Positions 12,815 to 24,321 of a DNA stretch of 64,000 nucleotides are shown here, piece by piece; positions within the stretch are counted from its first letter, which is position 1; every line of letters begins with the position of its first letter. A program made the position numbers and the translations under genes. Below the pieces are notes generated by a model. That model was not told the origin of the DNA. It worked only from the letters and a program-made list of their open reading frames with translations, and ran no database searches. This stretch comes from Utricularia gibba (lineage: Eukaryota; Plantae; Magnoliophyta), in the NCBI GenBank assembly GCA_002189035.1, contig NEEC01000013.1:1736001-1800000 (forward strand), in the 5' to 3' direction.

Positions 12815-13922
12815 GGGGTTCGACACAAGACAATCCCAGAAAAATGCAATACACTCACAACACAACAAGAATCAAACCACCGACACTAAAAAACCAATAA
12901 AAACTGGTCCAAGAATCAATCAATCACAAAAGATACATCACCAATCAACTGGTTAGCAACAACAACCCACAAAACAACTACCAAGAAAACCAAAAAAAAA
13001 AAGGTCTAGGTTGGAGAAGGAGCATTTAATGCAGAAACCCACTAAGCCAAATGCTGTAGTGGGTGGCTAGAAAACATTAAATGATCAGAAATCATAAACA
13101 GCAATACGAAAAAAAGAAAACGAAATGTGTCCGTAACGTAGGGCCTGAAGAAGTATTGGGATGAAATGCAAGAGTTGGTAGTTGTAGGTGTTGCGTCCAT
13201 TGCCACTGAATGGAAGCAAAGACAAGGGCAGTAAATTTTGAGGAGAAGAAATTGATGGCGATGTGGGGAAGGGATGAATCAATGCAATTCGCCGACTGTG
13301 AAACACCACAGAGATTCAATTATTTCACGACAAACTGCTTCACAGTTTTCTCCATCATTATGATCATGTATCCCTTCCTGCTGGTAAAAACCATCATTTC
13401 CACGCTCCCTTCCACTCATTCCCACCCAGCATTCACCGCACACACACACACAGACTCGAGCTCTGTAACTTCATTGACCTATGCAGAACAGTGACACTGT
13501 AGCTCTCTTCATTCCACTCGAGTGGCAAGAGATTAACATATTAGGGTATTATAATATACTATTCTCAAATACTATCTTATATAAATAATGGTGAAGTTTG
13601 GGGATGCCAATACCCTAATTTTCAAGTTTCAAAATTATCCTAATTGTTTGGATATTTTTTATATATTTAATCTCTCATTTTTAAATTATCATTTTTGGAT
13701 ATTCGTCAGATACTTAATTTCTAATATTTGGTTCAATTTTTAAAATTTTGAAAATTGTTTGAGTTTTAGTTAAACCATTTCGACAACTTTATATGTATTT
13801 TTTACAATTTTAAAAATTAAATATTAGATTTTTTTATATTTACTTAAACTTGAAATGTTATTTTAAAATTTTTTTAATTACATAAATATAATTAAATATG
13901 TGATTATATAATTATATAATTA

Positions 13923-14184
13923 CCTACCCCCTTGGGTCAAACACTATCTTATACGTCATTTGTATATATAACATATAATAAATATATAAATGGTATAACT
14001 ATACAAGATCACCATATATATATTAATTAATCAAAAAACGATTTAGGTATAAATTTGAATATAAATATTTTATATTATACTATAAAACATTCTATAATAC
14101 CCAATTTAAGTATAAATCTTTTATATTATATTATCAAATATCATATAATAAATAGGTGGTCGGGTGGTGACCCAAGGGGGTTGG
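13923..14184. mobile_element. Putative Stowaway-like (Tc1/mariner) MITE, 262 bp
   Basis: 17-bp terminal inverted repeats CCTACCCCCTTGGGTCA and TGACCCAAGGGGGTTGG match at 16/17 positions. TA flanks both sides, and the interior is AT-rich and non-coding. Confidence 0.65.
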
Positions 14185-15009
14185 TAAAACCCGAGAAGAC
14201 ATTATAAAATTAATATTATTTGTACAAAAAATAATAATATATTTGACATGGTATTTGTGCGGGGCACCTCACACGTGATAGGTACAAGGTGTAGGTGTGA
14301 GGAAGCTCCAACTTGGTACCATCATAACGCATCACCAATGCAATTTGAAGCTTATTCAAATAATGATTGGGGCTACCTGTCCATGCACATGAAGATCCTT
14401 ATCCGATAGAATCCGATCGCTCGGAATTCCAGGAAATATATAATTAAAATAAATAGGCATAACTTTAACTTGATTATAATTTCTCCAAGATCTTCTTAAA
14501 TACTTATGAGGGTGTCTCGTAATTGGAATCAAATTACTAAATCATAGATTTAATGATGGTATTTCATATTGGTTACACACATAATAAATACATAATTAAA
14601 TTGAAATGATGACAATATTTCATATTGATTACAAATATAAGAAAATATATGATTAAATAAAAAGATTTCTTAATCTGATATCGAAAATTTTCCAAGGAGT
14701 TTATGTAAAATCATAAAATTTATTTATACAAGATAGATAATTTCGTATAAATAAATTATAAGTTTTGACAATGTGCATATATACACTACAGATCAAACTG
14801 ATCAATGCAAATCGAATTAGAGATGGATTCAATACTCACGCTGAAATCGGATTCAAAAACACATTTGAGAGGTGCAGATTGTGTTTTTTTTTTTTTTTTT
14901 TTGTAATTTGAAAATTTAATGTAATTTTATTTTATCATAACAAAAAATATAATAAAAAACTTAAATACTCTGCATATGCTGTTTTTTTTTTAATCTACAT
15001 TGAAAGAAC

Positions 15010-15249
15010 ATGGATGCAGCTCAATCTGAAATGGAAAGCATTCTTGAATTTTCTGGGGGAAAAGAAAGCATTTTTATTGAAAGGGTTATCATTGTGAATG
15101 CAGATGATGAAAGATTTGTGAACATTTTTAGAGAAAGCGAGTGCCCTTTTTCATTCCACCATGGAACTGTGCCTACTCCAAAAAGGGGTATCAGGCAAAA
15201 AGATGGAGAAAGTGGCCCTCGTTCAAGACGGCTCAGACCCAACAACTGA
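15010..15249 (+). mobile_element. Possible degenerate non-LTR (LINE) reverse transcriptase relic
   Basis: A more GC-rich island translates to ...PFSFHHGTVPTPKRGIRQKD, resembling the LINE RT motif (F)xPxRG(L/I)RQGDP. There is no other support. Confidence 0.3.
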
Positions 15250-15344
15250 GAATCACGTAGACCCATGTATTGTAAATATCATCATCAAAGACAAAAGACA
15301 ATCAAGACTTCAGCAGAGGATAATTCCATAATTTTCTGGGAGAT

Positions 15345-17369
15345 ATGATAGCACGCTCATTCAAGCTACTCCCTCTGCCTCTACCCAATTTCGAGACCTT
15401 CAAGCAGTCGGCTTCCATTGCATACGTTTCTACTGGTCATGGGGGTATTGCTGCTTCCACGCCGTGCCTTTGTCTTCCGGGGCCAGGAAAAGATTCGTGC
15501 TTTCGCCATTCTTTTGTTTACATGAAGATAAGGTAAGTTTTTTCGTCTTGTTTTATTGGGTTTAATCCGTATTTTTTGATATGGGTTGTTGGGTAAACTT
15601 GTTCGGTTCTGATGGGTTGTTTTGACTGTGATTTGGGAAGAATGGTGTTGGGTTTTTGTTGTATTAGTTCATTTTGGCTTTCGGACTATGGTTTTCGTGT
15701 GTAGATTCTTAATTACTCTGCGATGCTGTAGCTGAATTTCGGGTACAACTTACGCATGTATCTTGTTTTTCTTCATTGCATTGCTGTTTCCGGTTGGAGT
15801 TTTCTCGTTTCTGAAGAATGATACACTTCCCTTGGTATTCTGGAATAATGCTCTTATGAAATGATGTGGCTGTTCTTTGCCTACATATTTTCCTCCCGAA
15901 TTCATCAAACTTTGTGCATTGTTTGTTTAAATAGTAGAATCCGATAGCTTGCTGTTTTCTCCTCTATTCAATAACAACTGATCAATACGTGCTACATAAT
16001 CCTTTTGTGTGTTATAAGCACCTCCTTCAAAACTGTGCTTGTTTCCCTTCTGCATAATATGAATCTAACCAAGCCTTTATGTTCAAAGTTGATGATGCAA
16101 ACTTCCAGTTGTTTTTCTACTGTCTAAAACCATGGGCATCTGTTTTCATGTTTCTGTACAGTGTGCTTGCTCATGTGATAAAAAAGGAGGAGAAACAATG
16201 GAAACCATAAGAAACGGATCCAATGACGAAATCACAACCCGGATCCCATCCCAAGCACAGTCTTTAGTTGAAGGATCTGGAGCCGTTTTAGCAACCCAAT
16301 ATAAACCTGCCCCTGACGTGGACTATTTACAGGTTTGCTGATCTTTGACCCTTTCTAGTTGACATCCTTGTTCTGCTTCTTTCTTTCTGTTTTTGTAGCA
16401 TTCCCATTTGCAAAAAGCAATGAAAAATGTTGTCTTGATTTGGCATGTTTTCCCTGTTCTAGTACTGTCAGCTTCTTAGAATTCACTATTTTTTTCGATC
16501 GAAGTCACCTGCTAGTTCATTTGATTCATTCTGATTCAAGCCTTGACTAATCAAAGTTATCAGTTCTTGTAAGTGACTGACTGAAGGACTAGAAGTTCTA
16601 CTCTGCTGGACATTCTTCTTTGTATAAGGAATATCTCTGAAATGCATAATTTCAGGAGTTGCTAGCCATTCAGCAGCAAGGTCCTCGGGCAATTGGGTTT
16701 TTTGGGACCAGAAACATGGGGTTCATGCACCAAGAGCTCATTGAAATCTTGAGCTACGCATTAGTCATAACGGTAGTTCCTCATACAGCTGAACTAGAAC
16801 ACTACTGCTGTTCTTCATCTATGACTTCTGTTGGCAATTCCTCATTACACTTGGATTCTTGCAGAAAAACCACATCTTTACATCCGGAGCTTCAGGTACC
16901 AACGCCGCTGTAATCAGAGGGGCTCTTCGCGCTGAAAAACCCGAGTTACTTACAGTGATATTGCCACAGAGCTTGAGCAAGCAGCCCCCTGAAAGCCAAG
17001 AATTGCTTTCAAAAGTAAGGTTCTTCTTCTGAAACCTTCTTGCACTAGTGTCTGATATTTGATAGCCATGTGTAAGCCTTCGATTTCTCTTCTTTTCAGG
17101 TGAAGCATGTGATCGAAAAGCCTCACAACGATCATCTTCCTCTGATAGAAGCCAGCAGGTCTGTGGATCTTCGCATGCTTCTGGTCCTTGCTCTTTTAGT
17201 ACATGATGTTTTGCAACATGTATGTGAATGCAGGCTGTGCAACATGGACATAATCTCCCAAGTGCAGCAAGTGATTTGCTTTGCCTTCCACGACAGCCGG
17301 CTGCTCATGGAAACATGCCAGGAGGCAAAGAACATGCGTAAGATAGTTACTCTCTTCTATCTTGACTGA
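15345..17369 (+). CDS. Uncharacterised, probably plastid-targeted SLOG/DprA-like Rossmann-fold protein of the conserved plant/cyanobacterial family
   Basis: A transit-peptide-like first exon precedes DVDYLQELLAIQQQGPRAIGFFGTRNMGFMHQELIEILSYALVIT-KNHIFTSGASGTNAAVIRGALRAEKPELLTVILPQSL...CFAFHDSRLLMETCQEAKNMRKIVTLFYLD*. Confidence 0.88.
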
Positions 17370-17688
17370 TCATTCTTTTGCTAGCACTCCCTCCCCTGTT
17401 TGTTGTCGTGTCCATATGCCGTTCACGAAGCTGATAGGAAAGTGGAACCTTGGTATGCTTCTGTGTAACATGATAGGATTCATTCATCTGGGAAGGAGAA
17501 CAGTATGTTAGTTTAGGTGCATATCGGATGTAAATAATATCCGGACAGCACTAAATGGTCTCCGAGACACAGTCAGGAAACCCACAACAGCAAAACTAGT
17601 AATGAAGTGATCTTGAGAATAGAACTTCATCATCTACGCATACCAAAAACAGAATCTTAGGAAGCCTATAGAATGCGCAATCTTTGGA

Positions 17689-18175
17689 TCAGAGCTGCAC
17701 TTCCGGGTCATGCATCCAGCTGAAAGAAGGCCTTGGGGCTTGTTTTGCTCGACTTTGAGCTCCCTCTTCCAGTTTTCTGAATCGTGGAGCAAGCCCACCA
17801 CGCAGTCCTGTGCTTTCTGGGTCTCAGGTGACAACCCCGTTCAATCAGCCGCTTTCCAGTGGTTGACGGGGGCAAGGTCACTTGCTGGGTACACACCGAG
17901 TCTTTGTGCAACGGCTGAGTAATGATAAAAAATGTCATAAACTCGACCACTATACATCAAGTGTGCAGGCATGGAGATTTTCTTCCTCACCATGTCTGCA
18001 ATGGCAAGCACAGTTCCATTGGGGTCTGTTTCGAATAGCTTCCCCACTATCTTGGTCGGCGCTGTTTCATGGTGTTTCTCATCCGAGTTTTATTTGCAGT
18101 GACAGTGTGGGGGAGATGGTACGGTATCGCCTCATGGCTTCTCCGGCATGTTTGGTGTTGCTTAGGAGAATCAGA
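17689..18175 (-). pseudogene. Stearoyl-ACP desaturase (SAD/FAB2 family) last-exon remnant
   Basis: Fragments [66 protein letters not shown] and [12 protein letters not shown]. It carries frameshifts and deletions, and no upstream exons are present. Confidence 0.88.
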
Positions 18176-18441
18176 GAAACTGCAAGCTTGATGCAGCGTC
18201 TCCTTCCTCAGTTCATTTTTGCCTATATCATCAGCCACGTCATCGGGTCGTACCTGGGCCTTGGTTTTCGTGATGGGCTTTACGAGCCGGCCCATCCGTA
18301 CATTTCACTTGCTTTTATTTGTTTTCTTTTGACATCAGTCTATTTTTCCGGCCAAGTGCATGTATGTCCCCCAAAGCTCGGAATACGAAAAGATAACGAA
18401 AGCAGGACTGGGCCTGCGTTTGATTTCAAGGCTGGGGCTCA

Positions 18442-20536
18442 ATGGCGACGCTCAGATTCTCGGCTCCGCCGTCCTCGCGCTCCGTCGGGCTTCTGTTGCC
18501 GCGTTCGGAGAATGCCAGGTGTTGCAGACGTCGCCTGAAAACTAGTTCGGACTGTAGACGCCATCGCGCTGGGGTTTACTGCTCCTTCGTATCCACGGAA
18601 AGTGCTAGGATTAAGGTCGTCGGCGTCGGTGGTGGCGGTAATAATGCTGTTAACCGCATGATTGGTAGCGGCTTGAAGGTTTACTCGATTCTTTGGTGCT
18701 GTTGCATTTAATAGGCCGCCGTTTTGTTTGTGAGTTGCTGCAACTCTGTAATGGGATATAGGAAGATGAACTTCTGAGTTTCAATGAGAGGGTGAGGGCG
18801 GCTAGTTCAATCTCAAGTTGGTTTTAGTTCTTGAGGGTGATTAATTACGCGGGCCTCAAATTTGGAACTCATTTTTTTGTGCGTTTATTGGTTACCTTGG
18901 AGGTCAAGTCTACATAGAGATAGTGATTCTGTTTTCCTTGTCATTTCACATTGCTTATAAATGCAGCTCCTCATTTCATTGGTGTTCAGCGTCGAAGTTC
19001 GTTCTTCATCAATCATATTGTGTCACATGTCTGCCTATGACTGATTGCAGGGTGTGGACTTCTATGCAATAAACACAGATTCACAGGCTCTTCTGCAATC
19101 TGCAGCTAAGAATCCCATTCAAATTGGAGAGCTTTTGACTCGTGGCCTTGGTTAGTATCTTGTTTTCTCGACAATGATGGACACGTCTTGAGGCTCTGTG
19201 CTTTTTTTTTTTTTTTTGTATGCTAAAAAAGATTTATGGATGACTATACATGCTGCAGCACCTCAATTCAGGTACTGGTGGCAATCCGCTTCTAGGGGAA
19301 CAGGCTGCGGAGGAATCAAGGGAAGCTATTTCCAATGCTCTCATGGGATCAGACATGGTGTTTATAACAGCTGGGATGGGTGGGGGTACGGGTTCTGGAG
19401 CAGCTCCCGTTGTTGCCCAAATAGCAAAGGAATCTGGATTTTTGACTGTTGGTGTGGTCACTTATCCTTTCAGCTTCGAAGGCCGGAAAAGATCCACGCA
19501 GGTAGACTAGTTTTTATGTAATGAATTGCTTTATGTATATTTTTAGACAATCATTATCATGGAGCTGGTGCACTTGTATGTTTCATTTGGCGTGTAGATT
19601 TTTAGCCTGGTTATGGAACTGCATTTGGTGTCTATATTGGATATTCAATGAGTTTACAAAACCGGGTTCCCTGGGAGAGCATTATCTGTATCTAGTGTCT
19701 TTTCAGGCTCTTGAGGCAATTGAAAAGCTCCAGAAAAACGTTGACACACTTATTGTGATTCCCAATGATCGCCTCCTGGATATTGCTGATGCACATACTG
19801 CCCTTCAAGATGCCTTCCTTCTAGCCGATGATGTACTCCTTCAAGGAGTCCAAGGGATATCTGATATCATCACAGTGAGTGGCAATACAAATATGTTCTG
19901 CTTTATCTACTATGATCATGCGCCCGTTACACATTATATTCAGTCAATCCTCTCTTACAGATACCAGGCTTGGTAAATGTCGATTTTGCGGATGTGAAGG
20001 CAGTGATGAAAGACTCAGGCACCGCAATGCTTGGAGTAGGTGTCTCCTCGAGTAAAAACCGTGCAGAAGAAGCAGCAGAACAAGCTACTTTGGCTCCACT
20101 GATCGGCTCTTCTATTCAATCCGCCACCGGGGTGGTCTACAATATCACCGGCGGCAAGGATATAACACTACAAGAAGTAAACAGAGTATCCCAGGTACAA
20201 CTTCTTCACACTCCTCCCTTCCCCTCATCCTCGACATGATCACACATCATCCAGTGTTTTACTCTTGAATTCCAGGTAGTTACCAGCTTAGCAGACCCCT
20301 CTGCCAACATCATATTCGGTGCAGTGGTGGATGAGCGATACAACGGAGAGATCCACGTCACGATTATCGCAACCGGGTTCACACAGTCATTCCAGAAGAG
20401 CATTCTGGCTGATCCAAGAGGAGCCAAGGCGACTTCCAACAAGGCCACAGACGGTACTAAACCTCTTGCCACTGTTAATTCAAATGCATCCCCTGCCTCT
20501 GCTTCTTCTCAGAGACCTTCCCGGAGGCTGTTCTAG
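18442..20536 (+). CDS. FtsZ1: Plastid division protein FtsZ1
   Basis: A transit peptide precedes [37 protein letters not shown], the tubulin signature [30 protein letters not shown] and [11 protein letters not shown]. The C-terminus SQRPSRRLF* is short and FtsZ1-type. Confidence 0.96.
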
Positions 20537-22095
20537 CAACTTCCCACTTCCCCTGGAACATCCATCCATCCATCCACATCGTGTCCTTCACAACAAGTGT
20601 GAAGCATGTGGTTTGTCGGGTGACTTGGAGTGTCAATGTGTGACATCCAGCAAGGCGGGGCAGGGCAACTTATCTCGTATGCATCCCCACCAGCAGGCAA
20701 CGAGTGCTCGTGACCTGAATGAAGCCAGATCACAGAGTATCTCGCATGGTAAGTCTCCCTCTTGAAAAACAACTCTCCGCGACTGCTATGTTTGATTTCC
20801 AAATCCTCTAAACAGTGACTTGGGTTTCGTCACTTTTTTTTTTTATTCTAAAAAGTGGAATCAGAAAACCTAATTGTGCACCTGGCCTGCCCTAACCCTA
20901 ACCACCGACACCACTTATTTAAATCTTTTTTATATTAGGTGTAATTGTATTCAATTTATTATAAAATATTATAAAGTTTGAAATATAATTATTTAAATTA
21001 AATATTTTTGAGTTTCACCTTTTTAAAAAAATTTGTTTTATTGGAGCAAAAAAAATATGATTTGAGATTAAAAAATTATAAAATGGGGTTGGATCCAATA
21101 AAGAGTGTAAAGATTTAGGTGGATCAAGATATATTTTACATAAATATATTTTCTTTAATCTTGTATTTTAAAACGAATGTAAAATCGTAATAATTGAATA
21201 TTCTGCATAAACAATATTGTATAAAACTACAAATGATTGGCCCAACGGGCACAAAAAAGCTCTCTACTGCGGCGACGACTACACGCAGTATGTGGTGTGG
21301 TCTGGGCTGCGTTAAATGTGACAGAGATCTACTATTGCATTCCCTTGCTGTATACTTGTACTCCGGGGTACAGCCGGAGTAGTCGGTTGGGACTCCGGGG
21401 GGTGAGCGTAAAAGCTTGTTTCCATTAATATTTATGGAAAATCAAATCGTTCATTCAGCAGTTTTTTAAGTGAATCGAAGGTATTCGAGTAAAATGGGAG
21501 TGCTGGTGGCCCTGGCTTTGGCTCAGGCTGCAGCTGGAGAAAAATCTGTACGGGGTCATCTTTTGTGGTTTTGAGAAAGTGGGCAGTGCGAAAAGCAACA
21601 AAAAAAGGAGGAACCTTTAGCATTGGCCAAGAGCACACACTGTGGAAAAAAGTAGAAAGCCTGCTGATTTTTCGGTTACTGAAACCCATAACCCACCTTT
21701 GTGAAAAATGCTTCCCAAGAGCAGAAGTTGCGGTGCGTGCTCGGAAGGTACATTTCATGTTTCTGGTTAGGCTTCGACAGCTCAGTGAACCATTTTGTTT
21801 CACAGGTTTTGTCGTCTTCTGTGCTTGTGGGTTATGGTTTTCTTTGACTCTTGTAGCCTTGTTGTAGTTCCAGACGAACCAGATTTCGTGCAAGGGGATT
21901 CTGTATAGCGTCCTGATACACGGTTTTCTTTCTTCTGGTTTCTTTTTTGCTTTTTCATCAGTCCTTTTTGAATTGTGCTGTGGTTCTTGGTAATTTCTAG
22001 GGATTTTAACTTGAATTTGGGTGTTTTGAAGTTTATGGGTCTGTTTGAGATGAAAGCATAACTGCATTGCTGATAATTGCAGGGGGCAAGCTGAG

Positions 22096-24209
22096 ATGAT
22101 GGAGAAGAAAACGAAAAATGGCTTGTTTTCAGCAATCAAAAGGATTTTTAGTTCAAGGAAGGAAACAGACGTAAGATTCATTTCTGATGGCAACATTATG
22201 CGAAATGCCCAACTTTATGTATATGCTCTTGTTTTTTTTTTTTTTTTCACTTCAGTTGATAGTATACACAGTTTGGATCTTCTGCAAAACCGATTCAGGA
22301 CTATCGACCCTTCATAATGTACATGTTCTTGTTTGTTGCCTGGGTGCAGAGAAAGAAGGGGATATGGGGACATGGTGAAACCAGGTCTTTGTTTCCTCTG
22401 TTCAGACAACCAAGCAGTATCGAAAAAATTCTGGGTGAAGCTGATCAGCTGAACATCCGGCCTCGGTTGTTCTTAGAATCCCCCAAAACTCAAGAAAAGC
22501 TAGCCTTGCAGAAATCTGCGAGAGCATGTTCTTCAAGTGACCCCGGCCATTATCCTGAAACTTTTCCTCTGGAAGCAAATCCCTCTGATGGTGTAGGTCC
22601 TTCTGTTGCTCCCCAACCCCATGTGACAGAATGCAAAGATAAAATCGTAAGGAGGGCACGTCCTCCAAGTGACCCTGAACCTTATGTTCCGGAGTGCTCC
22701 TCTAATGGTGGAGATGCTTCCTACTATCCTGCGCCATGTGTGAAGAAAAGGACTTGCTCCCTCGACCGCTTTCGTGATCCTGATCCAGATACTTCTTCCC
22801 GTTATGGAGGCCCTTTTCCCCGTGTGATAGAAAGTAGGAAGGAAACCAGCACACCTGCATCAACTGCGAAGGATGAGCATGTCTCAGCTTCTAAGATTCA
22901 GGCAGCCTACCGACGGTATCTGGTAATCCCTCATTCTTCTCCATTGCCAGCACTGTGTTGTTCCACCCTCTGTGGATCCAATGAGCATTTTTTCCTGCGG
23001 TGATGCACAGGCGAGGAGGAGTTCTCGGGGCTCAAATGGGCTACCGAGGCTGCAAGAAGTGATGAGAGGGCAGAGCGTAAGGCGGCAGACGATGAGTGCC
23101 ATCAAGAAAATGCAGCTTTTTGTTAGAGTTCAGACGCATATTCAGTCCCAGCGAATGGTCGAAAGCCAGCCACCGTCACTGCAGCATCAGTCGACTCATA
23201 CAAGTAGAGATGTGGAGAGCAGGCCAAGCAGAAGAACATTGAGCCAAATTCTGGTGAGATGCTGCATTGTCTTCTTCTTCTTCTTCTTCCTCCGTGTGAT
23301 CATGTTTCTGATGCATGCTGCTTTTCTCTTCATCGTTTTCAGTCCGAATCCGCTCCAAACGGACAACATTGGAATGACAGCTTTCGAACAAAAGAGGAAG
23401 AAGAAGCACAGCTCCATAGAAAAGCGGAAGCAATCATGAAAAGGGAGAGAGCCATGGCGTATGCATGCTCTCACCAGGTAACTGCTTCCTCCTCTGGGAA
23501 ATCAATCTGCAAGATTACTCTTAGTGATGATCATTCCACCCCATGACAGCAGCAATGGAAGCCGAATCAAAGGCTGGTTCGCGTCACCCGGGATCTTCGG
23601 TTCGATCGATACCCCTGGTCGTGGAGCTGGTTCAGTCATACGCCGGCAGCAGATCCTCCCCAGAACCACACAACTGCAGAAAGTGTTGCATCAACTCCAA
23701 TTCAGGCGTCCTCAGAGAGCGGATCCAGTACTCGATTTCTTACTAGATTCTACAACCACAGGAACTTCCATTCGAAGAGCAGGGAGCCGGCCACACCACA
23801 ATCAACGAAGTCAGCAGCGCCATTCAGGCCAGCCGGAAGGAACCCCGGCTGGTCAAAAAGCCCGTTTGAGACCAGAAGCTTGATGACGAGAGCAAGCCCT
23901 GCTAGTTCAACTTGTGACACTCCACTGAAAGACGATGAAAGCCTCATGTCCTGCCCTCCCTCCACCCGTCCCCATTACATGACTCCCACAATCTCAGCAA
24001 TGGCAAAAGCTAGAACAAGTAGCAATCCGAGGGAGAGGCGTTTCTCGCTCCCCTTCACTCCAGACAGCAGAAACTCCAAAAGGGACTCCGGATTTCAGAC
24101 AGGAAGTCAGTATCATGGGTCCCCGAGATCGAGCAAAAGCTCAGTTGCGAACTCCACTCTCTCTCTGCCGGCGTTTGTAGGTAGAAAGCCTTTTAACAGG
24201 TTCGCGTGA
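22096..24209 (+). CDS. IQ67-domain protein, IQD13/14-like, with DUF4005 C-terminus
   Basis: Motifs GLFSAIKRIF, LFRQPSSIEKILGEA, ASKIQAAYRRYL|ARR..., WNDSFRTKEEEEA...AIMKRERAMAYA, DDESLMSCPP, PHYMTPTISAMAKAR and SLPAFVGRKPFNRFA*. Confidence 0.88.
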
Positions 24210-24321
24210 ATGATTTTTGTACCCGACCTTTAAAAAAAAGCAAGTCTTTTTAGAAAGATCATGCCTTTTTTTAGAACACAAATAATAAATAAAATCATTA
24301 ACCAGGTAACAAAACTGAAGA

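Noticed and set aside
17882-18538. 218-aa plus-strand ORF overlapping the FtsZ1 start
   Set aside because: It is a shadow frame of the antisense SAD remnant and the FtsZ1 leader, with no recognisable domain.
21359-21381. 8-bp stem hairpin TACTCCGG/CCGGAGTA
   Set aside because: Too short to distinguish from chance, and no snoRNA or tRNA boxes are recognisable.
21432-22196. 254-aa minus-strand ORF
   Set aside because: It is antisense to the IQD14-like leader and first exon, compositionally biased (K/Q/N and F/L runs from T-rich DNA), and has no recognisable motif.
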